From: a virus
Direction: 5' to 3' (one strand)
Length of the DNA stretch: 64,000 nt
Virus record (IMG/VR): IMGVR_UViG_3300050343_000135
Coordinates: 10,215 to 74,214 of that record
Shown here: piece after piece, positions 12,624 to 23,494 of the stretch
Position numbering within the stretch: the first letter of the stretch is position 1
Layout: every line of letters begins with the position of its first letter
The notes under the pieces: generated by a model
What the model was told of the DNA's origin: nothing
The model's database searches: none
Seen by the model: the letters and a program-made list of their open reading frames with translations, nothing else
Program-made: the position numbers and the translations under genes

Positions 12624-13465
12624 TATCTTTGATGCGTTGCTCCTGTTCGTCTTCTTGATCCGCCACCTGTTGTTGTTCCATTAGACCCGCCGTAATATGT
12701 ACTTGAAACTGAAGATGAGCTATAATTTAATGCGGCTCCTTTTAATTGTCCAGTTTGAAAACCCTGACTGACAGGAGTTCCACCTATTTTTAGTGTACCA
12801 TATAATACTGGCACAGGTTGTCCTTGTTCTAAGTTGTTGTCTGCTCCATTAAAAAGAAAGGAAGGATCTGATGTCATATCTCCAGCATCTGGAGCTGACA
12901 TCTCTGTTATACCTGCTATTGCTAAATTTGCCCCTAACATCATCACCATTGCACCCGGTACTGTTAAACTTACAGATAATCCGGCAGCCATAGCTTGTGA
13001 TGCACTTAATCCTGTAACCGTTCCAGCACTTGCGCCTGCTATACTAAGAGTTCCACCTGCCCCCATTCCTGCAAATCCGGCTGCAGATATACCTCCACTA
13101 GCTGTTAGTCCTCCACTAGCTGAAAACATTCCTCCCATTCCGGGCATAAAAAACATTGCCGCTAACATTAGTAGTCCTGTTAATAATTTTCCAAGACCTT
13201 TTCCTGACCCTGCTGGTACAGGGGATATAATTACAGTATCTTTTAAGTTATTTAATCCGAGTTCATCTATGTCTGCATCTATAAAATCTTCTCCATTCTG
13301 TATAGTAAATGCAATATTTTTATCATGGCACTCTGCTATATATTCTTTAAACCCGTCTACTTGACAGTCAATAAGTTTTAAAATCTCACGCACGGAGTTA
13401 CCTGCACACTGCCATTCAGTACCAAAGTTGTCTCCTAACTCTCCTAATAATTTAACGTGGGTCAT
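12623..13465 (-). CDS. Tail assembly protein, lambda gpI-like
   Basis: HVKLLGELG..FG ubiquitin-like N-terminus, PVPAGSGK, Gly/Ala-rich hydrophobic middle, SFLFNG...QGQPVPVLYG. Confidence 0.85.
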   Translation of the reverse strand: MTHVKLLGELGDNFGTEWQCAGNSVREILKLIDCQVDGFKEYIAECHDKNIAFTIQNGEDFIDADIDELGLNNLKDTVIISPVPAGSGKGLGKLLTGLLMLAAMFFMPGMGGMFSASGGLTASGGISAAGFAGMGAGGTLSIAGASAGTVTGLSASQAMAAGLSVSLTVPGAMVMMLGANLAIAGITEMSAPDAGDMTSDPSFLFNGADNNLEQGQPVPVLYGTLKIGGTPVSQGFQTGQLKGAALNYSSSSVSSTYYGGSNGTTTGGGSRRRTGATHQR

Positions 13466-13838
13466 AAATAAATTCCTTTTTGTCTGGGTAAGATACTATT
13501 AAGTATGGAATACCTAATGCCTTACAGTTGTTTTTGTCATGCTCACTTGGATAACAATCTTGATCATAGTGACTATGGACTACATATAATATTTTTGATT
13601 TAATTGAATACTTAACGTATTCTTTTGGGTCTATTGTAAAGTGGTCTTTCTCTCCACTTATATTTTCTAGTGGAATAAATTTTGGATTTTCTTTATCAAT
13701 AATTAATCCACATCCTTCTCTTGGAGCTTCGATAGCCATATGACTATATATTTCAGGTAATAGTCTACTTAAACTTTCTTGCACCGGGGAAGCCTCCAAA
13801 GGGTAAGGGTCTAGTTGTAACTTTAGTTGCTTTTCCAC
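13452..13838 (-). CDS. Tail tip assembly protein, gpK-like, JAB/MPN domain only; true start probably further downstream
   Basis: PREGCGLI...VVHSH...PSEHD JAMM motif, between the gpL- and gpI-like genes. Confidence 0.85.
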   Translation of the reverse strand: MEKQLKLQLDPYPLEASPVQESLSRLLPEIYSHMAIEAPREGCGLIIDKENPKFIPLENISGEKDHFTIDPKEYVKYSIKSKILYVVHSHYDQDCYPSEHDKNNCKALGIPYLIVSYPDKKEFIYDPR

Positions 13839-14973
13839 GACTTGAAGCTGTTCCTAGATTTATAGGATTAAATCCATATCTACACTGACATGAAGAAAGT
13901 CTTTTTCCACATAGATCACCTCTTTTCCAATATTTTCCAAACTCTTGTGCATTATTGGTATGAGTTATCTTTGCTTGCCATAAAAATTCTGTGCCTGATG
14001 TTGGTTTCGCATAGTCATTTAATTTGTCATTAGTATAAGCATAATATGTAGCACTAGTTGAATAATTATTGTGTATTCTTACTCTTGCCCAATCTGAGTG
14101 ATCATCCTGTGGAGTCACACTAGTGTTTCTTGTTGCTTGCCAGTAATTGTTTATAGTAGAGTTATCTGCCCCAGTATCAATTGTACCATCTGCTTTATAT
14201 CTTCTAACTCCACTGGAAGTTCCTAATGTGGTTGTAGTTTTATAATAACTATCTTTAGTTCCGCTTCCTGCCCAAGCTGTAAATCCTGCATCACCATTAA
14301 CAACATACTCATCATCTGAATTTACATATACTTGATATGCTGTACCACTTACTATAAACTTACTCTCACTATGCCAAGTACACCCACCTCTTTTGTTTTC
14401 TTCTGTTTTTTCTGGGCTTGCTCCCTGATATTGCCAAGGACAAGCATTGTGTCCAACTACACGGTACGGAAGAACTAAGCCTTCAGTATTAAATGGACTT
14501 GTCAGTTCAAAAGCAATAGTTAAAGAGTCTTCTTGTTCAACTCTATCTACTACCCACATCTGTCTTGGGAACTCTACTGGAGCAACTCCTGAAGCTGTTT
14601 CTGAGGCCTCTCCTACTAAGTATTTTTGTAAGGTTCTTCGTCTGTATATTTTCTTTCCTATTAAATCTTGAAATGTTAGAGGAGAGATTGCATTTTCAAA
14701 GTCTGTTAAAATGTTTGCAATCGTTAATACGGGTCTGGCTGATACTCCTTTTGTTGTTATATCGATTCCTTCTATTTCTAATGGAATAGGTATATAGGTA
14801 TTTTTCTGAGTATGTGTATCATAGTCATAAAGCTCTATACTTTGAAGATTGCCATCAGGAGCCTTTGTAATATAAGCTTTAGCATTATTATTTAATTCAA
14901 TTTCATAAAGGTCTACAATCCCGGAAGGTTGTTCTAGTTTTTGAACTTCTTTTATTGGTATTCTTTCTCCCAT
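13765..14973 (-). CDS. Minor tail protein, lambda gpL-like, with Fe-S-type cysteines
   Basis: RRRTLQKYL, FELTSPF, CPWQY...GGCTW, DLCGKRLSSC, LPFGGFPG. Confidence 0.9.
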   Translation of the reverse strand: MGERIPIKEVQKLEQPSGIVDLYEIELNNNAKAYITKAPDGNLQSIELYDYDTHTQKNTYIPIPLEIEGIDITTKGVSARPVLTIANILTDFENAISPLTFQDLIGKKIYRRRTLQKYLVGEASETASGVAPVEFPRQMWVVDRVEQEDSLTIAFELTSPFNTEGLVLPYRVVGHNACPWQYQGASPEKTEENKRGGCTWHSESKFIVSGTAYQVYVNSDDEYVVNGDAGFTAWAGSGTKDSYYKTTTTLGTSSGVRRYKADGTIDTGADNSTINNYWQATRNTSVTPQDDHSDWARVRIHNNYSTSATYYAYTNDKLNDYAKPTSGTEFLWQAKITHTNNAQEFGKYWKRGDLCGKRLSSCQCRYGFNPINLGTASSRGKATKVTTRPLPFGGFPGARKFK

Positions 14974-15359
14974 TATGCTTCATACACCCTTTCAAATGAG
15001 CAAGATAAACTATAGAAGTTATCATAGGCCCATGTTTGATTCCAGGACTTACATACAACTTTTACTGTTTCGTTGCCATTAGTATCATCTATAGTCATTC
15101 TAAATTTTGTAACTCCCCCTAAACTTTCAAAGAAAGCCACTAAGTCATCAATTTCTGCTTTAGGTCTTGTAGTAAAACTTACGTTCATTCCTTGAACTAG
15201 ATTATTAATACCATCTGCTAGTCTTTGTTCATACCCATCTCCAAAAGTTATAGTATGTACTTTAGGTGTGCTTGATCTTTGGAATCCTTTATCTACAACT
15301 ACGCCACCAGAAAAACCTGTTATATTACTTCCATCGTTTTGAAATATTGCTGTTGCCAT
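14973..15359 (-). CDS. Minor tail / distal tail protein, lambda gpM-like
   Basis: FGDGYEQRLADGIN...FFESLGGVTKF...FERVYE. Confidence 0.9.
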   Translation of the reverse strand: MATAIFQNDGSNITGFSGGVVVDKGFQRSSTPKVHTITFGDGYEQRLADGINNLVQGMNVSFTTRPKAEIDDLVAFFESLGGVTKFRMTIDDTNGNETVKVVCKSWNQTWAYDNFYSLSCSFERVYEA

Positions 15360-18300
15360 TATCTACCTAATACTCCTCCAGGTCTTTTTTCTCTTTGTAT
15401 TACTTCCATTACTGCTGCTTCCATCATTTTACCAAGTGCTTTTCCTTTTTCTCCATCCGCAACATTTGAAGAGCTTCCATCAACATTTACGTTAATTGAT
15501 ACATTGTTTGTTCCGCTTCCGCCTTTCATATCAACAGGTATGCTTCTTCCATTTGGTAAAGGTACAACAGCTTCATTGTGTCTTCCTTCTCCTACTAAAT
15601 AAGTAGGTTCTGTTGCTATTCCACCTTGTGAGTATTTAGGAATGATTCCACCAGTTGCCATAGGTATTATTCCACCATTAGCCATAGGAGTTGGGAATCC
15701 CATAAATCCTAAAGCTTTCAATGCTAGTTGCTGTGCGGCTATTTGAGCCATTTGTTTTAGCATCATTAATGCCATATCTTTAAATGCTTCTTTCGCTGAC
15801 ATAGAGCCTTGTGCAATTGCTACAAACATATCTTCTATACCTTTTGCAAAGCTCATCTGTAATTGACCTAAATGACTTGCCGCGAATTCTGCTGCTGTTG
15901 TTTGTGCTTTGAGTAACTCTAATTTCTTTTCATTGTTTGCAATTGAAGCTTCTTCTGCAAGTTGTTCGTCGCTACCCCGCAGCGTATTCTTGCTTTTTTT
16001 AGTACTGCTCTTTGATTTACAAGAGCAAGTCTTTTTTCTTCTATTTGGAATTTTTTCTGTTCTACGTCTTGTTCTTTCTTTGCTTGAGCTCCAAATCCTG
16101 TTCCACTATACATGCTGTTAAATCCAACATTCCCTATCTGTGAAGCTAATGCTTGAGAATTTACATTAAGAGTATCTTTTTTCAGTTGTAAGTTTAAAGT
16201 TGCTATATCTAATTGTTTTTGTTGCTCTGCGTTAAGTACCTTTTGAACGCCTACTTCTTTTGTGACTGTTGTTACTTTATCTTTAGCAAGAGTTACTGAG
16301 TATTCAGCATCTAGTACTTGCTCTTGAAGTACTCCTCCAGCTGCAAGATAAGCATCTAACGCGTCTTGAGTTGCAAAGCTATCTCTTGTTCTACTACCCT
16401 TTTAATTGAAGTGCTTTAAGTGCTGCTTCTGCATTTGCTTGGTCTTGTTTTGCTCGTGCTAGTTTTTCATCTACTTTTAACATGCCTGTAGCTGCTATCT
16501 TTGCTTTTTTGTCTGCTATTGTTCTTGCATTTGCATGTTCTAAGAAAGTTCTTGCGTTCTCTTGTTGAGTTGATAGAATAGCTTTTTCAGCTGTTACAAT
16601 TCCATTAAGTTGTTTTTGAAATTTTTGTAGTTCTGTTAAGTGTAATTCATCCTCAGTTAAAGTAATTTCTGCTTTGGCTCTATCTTCCATTCCCTGCTTT
16701 GTACGAGGGCCTACTAGAGTATTATTTAACCCCATCCTTGTTTTCTTAATTAGAGCTTCCTGAGTTAGTAGCATGTCATTTAAAGCTTTTCTTTGATTTT
16801 GCATAGGCAGTCCTTTACCTGCCATGCCCGCTAAAGCTTGTTGGAAACTTTTACTAACTTCTCCGTATCTTTTTACTCTTTCCGTTAAACTTACATACGC
16901 CCTTTCTTCTTCTCCTAGTCTTTTAATTTGATTGTCACTTAAAGAACCATTCTTTTCAAGTTCAATTCTCATCTCTTTATAAGTATCTTTTAGAGGCCCT
17001 ACTGCACCTTGTTCAAGTTGTTTTAGAGTTTCAATATTTGATTTGTAATTTAGCTGTAAATCTTTATTAGCAAATCCAAGTTCTGATAACTGGTCTATTT
17101 CTTTCTCTCTTTGCTTCATTGCTTCATCATTAAAGCTCTGAAGTCTAAGTATTCTATCTTTTGCCCTTCCGGTAGAGTGGTCCAACATTTTATTATATCT
17201 TTCATCCTGTTTTTCTAAGTAGGCCATGTTTTTCTTTTTCATTGAAAGTGCTTCATTATCTAATATACCCAAATGAACCTCCGATACCTGATCCTGTATC
17301 GTTAAATATTTTTTTGTTGTTTCTTGTCTAAATTTCTTAGCCTTAGCTAAAGAACCCGCCATGTCTGCAGAAGATATCATATTACCAAATTGAATAGAAG
17401 TATCAAGTCCTTCTTTTACTAACCCTTTGCCTCTGACCTCATTCATTCTTTCTAGTTCTATGTTTAATTCTTTCTGCATTTTTAACTGGTCTGCCATTTT
17501 TTCGTTTAACTTATCTTGGGCTTCGTTGGCCTTTTTAAAGTACCCTATAATTCCCATAACTATGGAACCAATCATAACTATTATTCCAAGCAACCTACTA
17601 TACTCAAGGCTTTTGTCATTAATCCTGCAGTTGCTTTAGTAGCTCTTACCATCAATGTACCTGCTTGTTTCTGTATTAAAACCATTCTTGCTTGCTGTAA
17701 TTTAAAGAAGCTTGTTGTTTTTGCATACTCCCCTCTCTTTTTACCTTCACTTACTGCTAAAGATCTTTCCTGTCGTTTTAAATGCTTAAACATTATTTGT
17801 CTTTCTTGTCGAGTATAATTTAAGTAGTCACCCTTTTTAGCTGCTAACATCTTTTTATGGGAGGTAATTTGTTTTTGATTCATCTGATTATACATTGAGG
17901 ACATATTCTTTTGCCCCTTTTTATTTCGCATCATATTAATGCTATCCCATAGATGAATCTCTTGTTTTTCTTATTATCTTTAAAATTTAATCTGTCAAAT
18001 TCGCCTTGCGCTTTCTTTACAGACTCGAGTAGCTGTCTCCATGCTTTCTTTAGCTGTTTCTCCCATTGCTTCAAAAATTAGGTAAAATTGTTTTAACAAT
18101 TGGAAGTGCAAAAAGTCCTAATGCTGCTGTAAGAGCATATACATTATTAGAAAGAAATCCTAATAATGGTAGTAAAACTGTACCGATTCCTACTTTAAAT
18201 TTATTGAGTAAATCATCAAACGCTACTGCAAATTGCTGTAAAGCAAAAGCAGAAGGATCCATAATTTCTGAGATCTTACCAAACTTTGATTCAGCTTGAT

Positions 18301-18993
18301 CTAACACTTCATTAGCGATAGCTTGTGATTTTTCAAATTGATTTAATTGTTCTTTTGTCTTACCCACTGAGTCTGCATATGCTCTAAGAGCAGGGTCTAA
18401 CCTAAGTATGATACCTAGTTCGTCTAGTAATTCTGGTTCCGCTTTTGTTATACCTCTTGTAAGACGATTAAATGAGTCTGTTAAGTCTCTACCCAGAGCA
18501 AGCGAGGTGTTTTTTGCGGCTTTACCAATCTCTTCTATCTGAGATCTAGAAAGTCCTGCTGCTGTACCAATAGCAACTGATTGAGCTGCTTCAGAAAATC
18601 TTAACTGTCCTTCAGTAGCTGCCTGTACACCTAAGGTGTATGTTTTTAAAGCTACTCCAGTAACAGCACCAAAAGATTGTTGCCCCTGCAATTAAGTTTT
18701 TATAGTCTACAGAGTTAGATAAGAATTGGAACGCAGCTGTAACAGCAAATACTTGAGCAGCCAAGGTAGCATAGATAGGTACAAGACCTCCACTAATACC
18801 TTGTTGTATTTTTGAGAAGTTTTTAGTTTGGTTTGAGGATTGTCGGGTAAGTCCCCTTACCTGCACGATCGGCGCCTCTTTGAGACGTAGCTAATGCATT
18901 AAAACCACCTGCGGCTTTTTTGACTTTCTTCTGAAGATCTTTTAGAGTATCTCCATCACTGAATTCAATAGTTATTTGATTCTTCTTTGTCAT
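15359..18993 (-). CDS. Tape measure protein (T5 pb2-like), split by indels
   Basis: N-terminal GLVPIYATLAAQVFAVTAAF and RLTRGITKAEPELLDELGI, long Ala/Lys/Gln helical fragments, C-terminal GGIA.EPT...GEG..EAVVPL...QREKRPGG. Confidence 0.85.
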
Positions 18994-19334
18994 TATCCTT
19001 TTTTCTCTGCGCTTTTACGTTTGCGTTCAAGCTCTTTGTTAATTTTAGTAGTATTTCTAGCTTCTATATGTTTAAGAAATACTAATACTACTTGTCTTTC
19101 TTCAATTTCAAATATATTTAGTATTGATTCTAGAGCGGAATAATTCTTTCCTATATATCCGCCTTCTATCCAATTGTCTGGTAAAAAATCGTGAACTAAA
19201 AATGCTTCCTGAACTTCTTTTGGAAACTCACTCCTATCTGGAGGCATCTTCATTGGATCAGGTTCTTCACCTGTTTGTTCACATATTCTTAAGTATGTTT
19301 CGAGAGGGTAACATATCCTCTCTATAAAACGCAT
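18993..19334 (-). CDS. Tail assembly chaperone, C-terminal (gpT-like) part
   Basis: YLRICEQTGEEPDP..MPP motif directly before the tape measure gene; probably reached by a -1 frameshift from the upstream chaperone. Confidence 0.7.
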   Translation of the reverse strand: MRFIERICYPLETYLRICEQTGEEPDPMKMPPDRSEFPKEVQEAFLVHDFLPDNWIEGGYIGKNYSALESILNIFEIEERQVVLVFLKHIEARNTTKINKELERKRKSAEKKG

Positions 19335-19355
19335 CTAATTTTGCAAGTATTAGTT

Positions 19356-19787
19356 TTACTTGCTCTGCGTAAAATTTTCTAAGTCACCTACTGTTTCCGT
19401 GACCCAAGTGTCAAAATCAGATGCATTTTTCATTAGTATCTCTGCATCTTCGTGTGAGTATGATAACTCATCTTCTTTGTTAACACCCCTTGTAAGTTTA
19501 CAAGTAACATCTTTTCTAGGTACTTATATTTGAGTCCTTTCCATCCTTTAATTACTGCTTTTACAATATTCGACTAAAAATTTGTCGTCATCTAAAACTT
19601 CTTCAAATGCTCTTGTTTTCTTGTTAAATTTCTGAGATAGACATCTTGATCTTAGTTTGACCAATTCTTCTCTTGCTAAGTAACATAAATCTACTGTCAT
19701 TCCTGGAAACTCCGGGTAGTCTATAGTTACTGTTTTGCTTGGAGTTAATAAACTCGCTAGTGATACTGTTTTCTTTTCTTCTGTCAT
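19356..19787 (-). CDS. Tail assembly chaperone (gpG-like), with read indels
   Basis: Lies between tail tube and tape measure; ends DLENFTQSK* at 19356. Confidence 0.7.
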
Positions 19788-19801
19788 AATAATTCCTGGT
19801 T

Positions 19802-19826
19802 AAAAGTGGGGGAGAGTTACTCCCCC
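19802..19826 (-). terminator. Intrinsic terminator after the tail tube gene
   Basis: GGGGGAG/CTCCCCC stem followed by a T-run on the minus strand. Confidence 0.7.
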
Positions 19827-19837
19827 GTTTGTTAATA

Positions 19838-21034
19838 TTAGCTACCAGTATAAGTTACTTTTGCTTCAAAATTGTTTGCAGTAGATGGATCTACTGAACT
19901 TGGTAAAGCATGGAAGCTTGTTTCTAGTGATATAATGTCATCAATAGAATGGCTTGGTACTTCAAAGTGACAATTTGGTAAATCAATTTGTATCTTTGGA
20001 GCTGTAGTTCCGCCTATTTTAAATACTGTATTAAAGCCATTGTTAATTTTGTCTGTGGCTTCGATTAAGTCTTCAAATAAGTCAGCACTTCCGCCTGCTT
20101 CTCTATTTAAGTAACATGTAAAATTACCTGATACGTTTCTTGTTCCTGTAACATGCCCTAGTGGTTGGTTAACGATTCCTAACGTTTCTGGTGTTAAATA
20201 TGTTATGTTGTTTTCCATAGTCACATTTCCACCTGTTAGTACTACATTATAGTTTCCACCACTGGATCCTGGGAACGTACTTGTATCAGAGGTATTTGTT
20301 ACTGATAATTGGGTTAATCTATTTCTAATAAAGTTACTCGTGCCTGTAGTTGCTTCTGTAATCTCAGTTGTGATTGTGCTCGGTAAAGATGCTAAATCCT
20401 GTATTATAGATGCAAAACCTGACCATGTGATAGTAGCAATACCATCTATATCAAAATCAATAGATGCAGAATTTACAACTGCATTTTTTAATCTATAATA
20501 TGTAGGTCCGGTTACGCCTGATCCGCCTGCTGCTCCGCCCATCTCAAAGAACAAATCAAATGTTCCTAGAGCTGCAACTTCTGAATCAACAAAATCAACA
20601 ATCATACTTGAAGTAGTGTTGTCAACTCCCTTGTTCCATACGGCTACAGATGAATCGTCTGCTGAAGCAGTAAATGTAGGTGCTGATGCAAAGTTAGCCC
20701 AAAGAGCTTCCTCTACTGCGTGATGAATCAAAGTTGTATGTTTTTCCCATCCACCAGTAGCATCTGCTACTGATCTAAAGGGTCTTATATAAGTTTGAAA
20801 AGACCATTCCGCAGGTGCGTAAGAATCAGTAAACATTTGTCTACTTCTTCTAGTTTTACCAGCACTGTCCGACATCTCTGCTAGAGTAATTTCACTTGTG
20901 TTTGTGCCTTGTGAGAAACTGAATCCATCTAATACAGGTATTTTCCATGAAGTTCCTGCTGTTGAACCAGCATCATTCACGCCCATCATTAAATAGACCT
21001 CGGTATCCCGGCTAAAATAAAATTTGTCTGCCAT
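19838..21034 (-). CDS. Major tail tube protein (T5 pb6-like)
   Basis: IPVLDGFSFSQ, APAEWSFQTYIRP, FDIDGIATITWSG, NNITYLTPETLG...GTRNVSGNFTCYL. Confidence 0.85.
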   Translation of the reverse strand: MADKFYFSRDTEVYLMMGVNDAGSTAGTSWKIPVLDGFSFSQGTNTSEITLAEMSDSAGKTRRSRQMFTDSYAPAEWSFQTYIRPFRSVADATGGWEKHTTLIHHAVEEALWANFASAPTFTASADDSSVAVWNKGVDNTTSSMIVDFVDSEVAALGTFDLFFEMGGAAGGSGVTGPTYYRLKNAVVNSASIDFDIDGIATITWSGFASIIQDLASLPSTITTEITEATTGTSNFIRNRLTQLSVTNTSDTSTFPGSSGGNYNVVLTGGNVTMENNITYLTPETLGIVNQPLGHVTGTRNVSGNFTCYLNREAGGSADLFEDLIEATDKINNGFNTVFKIGGTTAPKIQIDLPNCHFEVPSHSIDDIISLETSFHALPSSVDPSTANNFEAKVTYTGS

Positions 21035-21099
21035 TTTTTTCTCCGTTTTTTCTTGTAAAGAGCCTTGACAAATTATTATTCATCGTAGCTGTTTACTCT

Positions 21100-21564
21100 C
21101 TAGTATTGAATCTCCATCAGTATCTCGCCGATACCTAAAGGATCCATAACACCTTCATCGGTGTCTATACTAATTATTGTGGTTTGCACAGTTTTTTGTG
21201 CTACACCATTTTTATCATAATAAGTAAGAGGATCTTCTGCTTCAAGAACTGTTTCCAGGTCTTCAAGTAAAGCATCTAATGCTCCTACTGCGTCATCGTT
21301 ATCCTCTACGTAACATCTTAATGTTATAGTAAGATAACGAAACTTAAATCCACCACCATCATATGAACGAATCTCACGACCCGCATTTAGATGAACTGCT
21401 GGAAACTCTCTAACTTCGTCCCAAAATGTAAGTCTTGGACTACATTCTGCAACTGCAGTTTGGTACTCACCAGTACCATCAATTCTTTCAATAACATCTA
21501 CCAAAGCGTTAACAATATTTTGTCTTCTTGTCGTATATAATCTTGTTGACGTTTGCTCTGGCAT
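21100..21564 (-). CDS. Tail terminator protein (T5 p142-like)
   Basis: FWDEVREFPAV, LLEDLETVL, ISIDTDEG..PLGIGE; syntenic with T5. Confidence 0.8.
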   Translation of the reverse strand: MPEQTSTRLYTTRRQNIVNALVDVIERIDGTGEYQTAVAECSPRLTFWDEVREFPAVHLNAGREIRSYDGGGFKFRYLTITLRCYVEDNDDAVGALDALLEDLETVLEAEDPLTYYDKNGVAQKTVQTTIISIDTDEGVMDPLGIGEILMEIQY

Positions 21565-23078
21565 TATTCAAATTCCCTTGTTAATCCTGAAACCGTTTGG
21601 CCTCTCATGTTTACTGCTACAATCTCTCGTATGCTCTTTCCTATTATATGTCTTGGGTCTCTATACTGATTTGCCCAAGGCGCTCTACCATGTCCGGGTT
21701 CAAATACTCCATACGGACGTTGTGGGTACGTATATCCAATATATAAACCTCCTCTTGGTCCTACTACTACATTGTCTACTTTAGCACTAGTTGCAAATTT
21801 TCCTGTTTGATTATTCAACCTAGGAGAACCCATGTTTGCTTCTATAGCTCTTGGAAGTATATTATTTATCATATTTTTAATTAATAAACCTTCCTTATCC
21901 ATTCTAAATCCTGGACCCATTTGAGCACTTGCTCTCTGACCTTTAGACATTTTACTCATAGGAGGATTTGCTGCTTGTGAGGCTACTGTTTTTACTTTTA
22001 CGCTATCCGCCCCTTTACGCATTACTTCTATAGCTTTTCCTATTTTCTTTGTTGCCCTTATATTCTCTAAATTCTTATTGAAACTTATCTTTGTCTTTGT
22101 TCCTTTGCCTACTCCTGCCATTTGAGCATTTGCTTTACGCATCTGCTTTCTTGCTTCTTGTTCCATGATTTCAACTGCTTTATCATCACCAAAATCAGAA
22201 AACTCATCAAATATATCTGGGGAGTCTGATGCAAAAGCTGCTATCTCTTTCTTAGGAACTTTACCATCCTTCATAGCTTTTATCTTTTTCTTCAGTGCTG
22301 CATTAAAATGCTTTCTAAATACACTCTCAAACTCTTTTCCGTCATCTTTATCTGGTTTACCTGCTTGCTTTGTATTAGGAGCTATAATAAACTCAATAAA
22401 ATGATTTCTATGTATACTGTTCTTCGTCTTTCTTTTATCTATCCTAGAATTAATCTTTGCATGTAAGTAACCTTGTACTGCTGATACTAAAAAAGATATC
22501 CACCATTCATCATTACTTACTGTATCATTCATGGCTTTAATTATTGAAGTCTGCATATTATTTCCTGCTGACCCCGGTCTATTTACTACATTGTCTTGTC
22601 CTGGAAAAGTCATCTGACCACCTGATTGTTGGTCTCTTTCTAATTCTTTTCCATGCTCTGCAATAATTCTTTTTACATAAGTTTTCTTCTTTGCCCATCT
22701 GTTTAAAGGTCTCTTTAAACTAACAACGGCATTTTGATACCATTTCTTAGAAGCTTTACTAGTGTTCTTAATCTTAATGATTATAACTCCAGCTTTAGAT
22801 GTTCTACTTTGCTTTGCCCAAGTACGAGGTTTACCGCTACTATACCACTTTCTTATAACTGCTTGAATTTCTTTCCAGTCTTTGTCAAAGGTTTTATCTA
22901 TAGCTTTTCCAAGTGCTTCTTTATCTGGGCCTTTATAGTTATTCAATGCTTCTGTTTTAAATGCGTGTAACCAGTCTTCTCTTCTTATAGTTATTCGCAT
23001 TTGTTGAATACCTGTGGCATCTCTGCCTTGAAAACTCTTTAAAAAATCTTGTAAGTACTTTTTACGTTGACTTCTCAC
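21564..23078 (-). CDS. Tail completion protein (T5 p143-like C-terminus), long and basic
   Basis: C-terminal LNNQTGKFATSA...YTY..RPYGVFE...RDPRHIIGKSIREI; syntenic with T5. Confidence 0.65.
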   Translation of the reverse strand: MRSQRKKYLQDFLKSFQGRDATGIQQMRITIRREDWLHAFKTEALNNYKGPDKEALGKAIDKTFDKDWKEIQAVIRKWYSSGKPRTWAKQSRTSKAGVIIIKIKNTSKASKKWYQNAVVSLKRPLNRWAKKKTYVKRIIAEHGKELERDQQSGGQMTFPGQDNVVNRPGSAGNNMQTSIIKAMNDTVSNDEWWISFLVSAVQGYLHAKINSRIDKRKTKNSIHRNHFIEFIIAPNTKQAGKPDKDDGKEFESVFRKHFNAALKKKIKAMKDGKVPKKEIAAFASDSPDIFDEFSDFGDDKAVEIMEQEARKQMRKANAQMAGVGKGTKTKISFNKNLENIRATKKIGKAIEVMRKGADSVKVKTVASQAANPPMSKMSKGQRASAQMGPGFRMDKEGLLIKNMINNILPRAIEANMGSPRLNNQTGKFATSAKVDNVVVGPRGGLYIGYTYPQRPYGVFEPGHGRAPWANQYRDPRHIIGKSIREIVAVNMRGQTVSGLTREFE

Positions 23079-23441
23079 TACACTACTACTCTATACAAAT
23101 CAAGCACTCTTTTAATGTGGTCTGGAAAATCAGTATTGTTCCTTACACTTGATGAGCCTTGTTGCTCGAGTGTAGCTCCCTGTATTGTTCTTCTAGACTT
23201 GTGCTCGTCTCGTAAGTAGTATGTAATTAGGTCATGTACGGCCAATTTAAGATCAGAAGGTACAGCTGAGTAGCCAGATCGATATCTTATCTGTACTGTA
23301 ATAATCTATAAAACTTGTACCGCAATACTTTTTTGCAAGGTCACTAACTTGTGGAACTATAATATCAAGACGCTGGTCTTCTTTCTGACCCGTCATGCCT
23401 TCTGCATTTTTATATTCCTGTACTGTTATTAAGTCTGCCAT
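23078..23441 (-). CDS. Head completion / head-tail connector (T5 p144-like), with read indels
   Basis: MADLITVQEYK...KKYCGTSF; C-terminal DFPDHIKRVLDLYRVV in another frame. Confidence 0.7.
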
Positions 23442-23445
23442 AATT

Positions 23446-23474
23446 AAAAAGTGGGAATGTTAGGTACATTCCCG
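23446..23474 (-). terminator. Intrinsic terminator after the major capsid gene
   Basis: GGGAATGT/ACATTCCC stem followed by TTTTT on the minus strand. Confidence 0.7.
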
Positions 23475-23494
23475 AAAACCTTATTGAGCTAATA

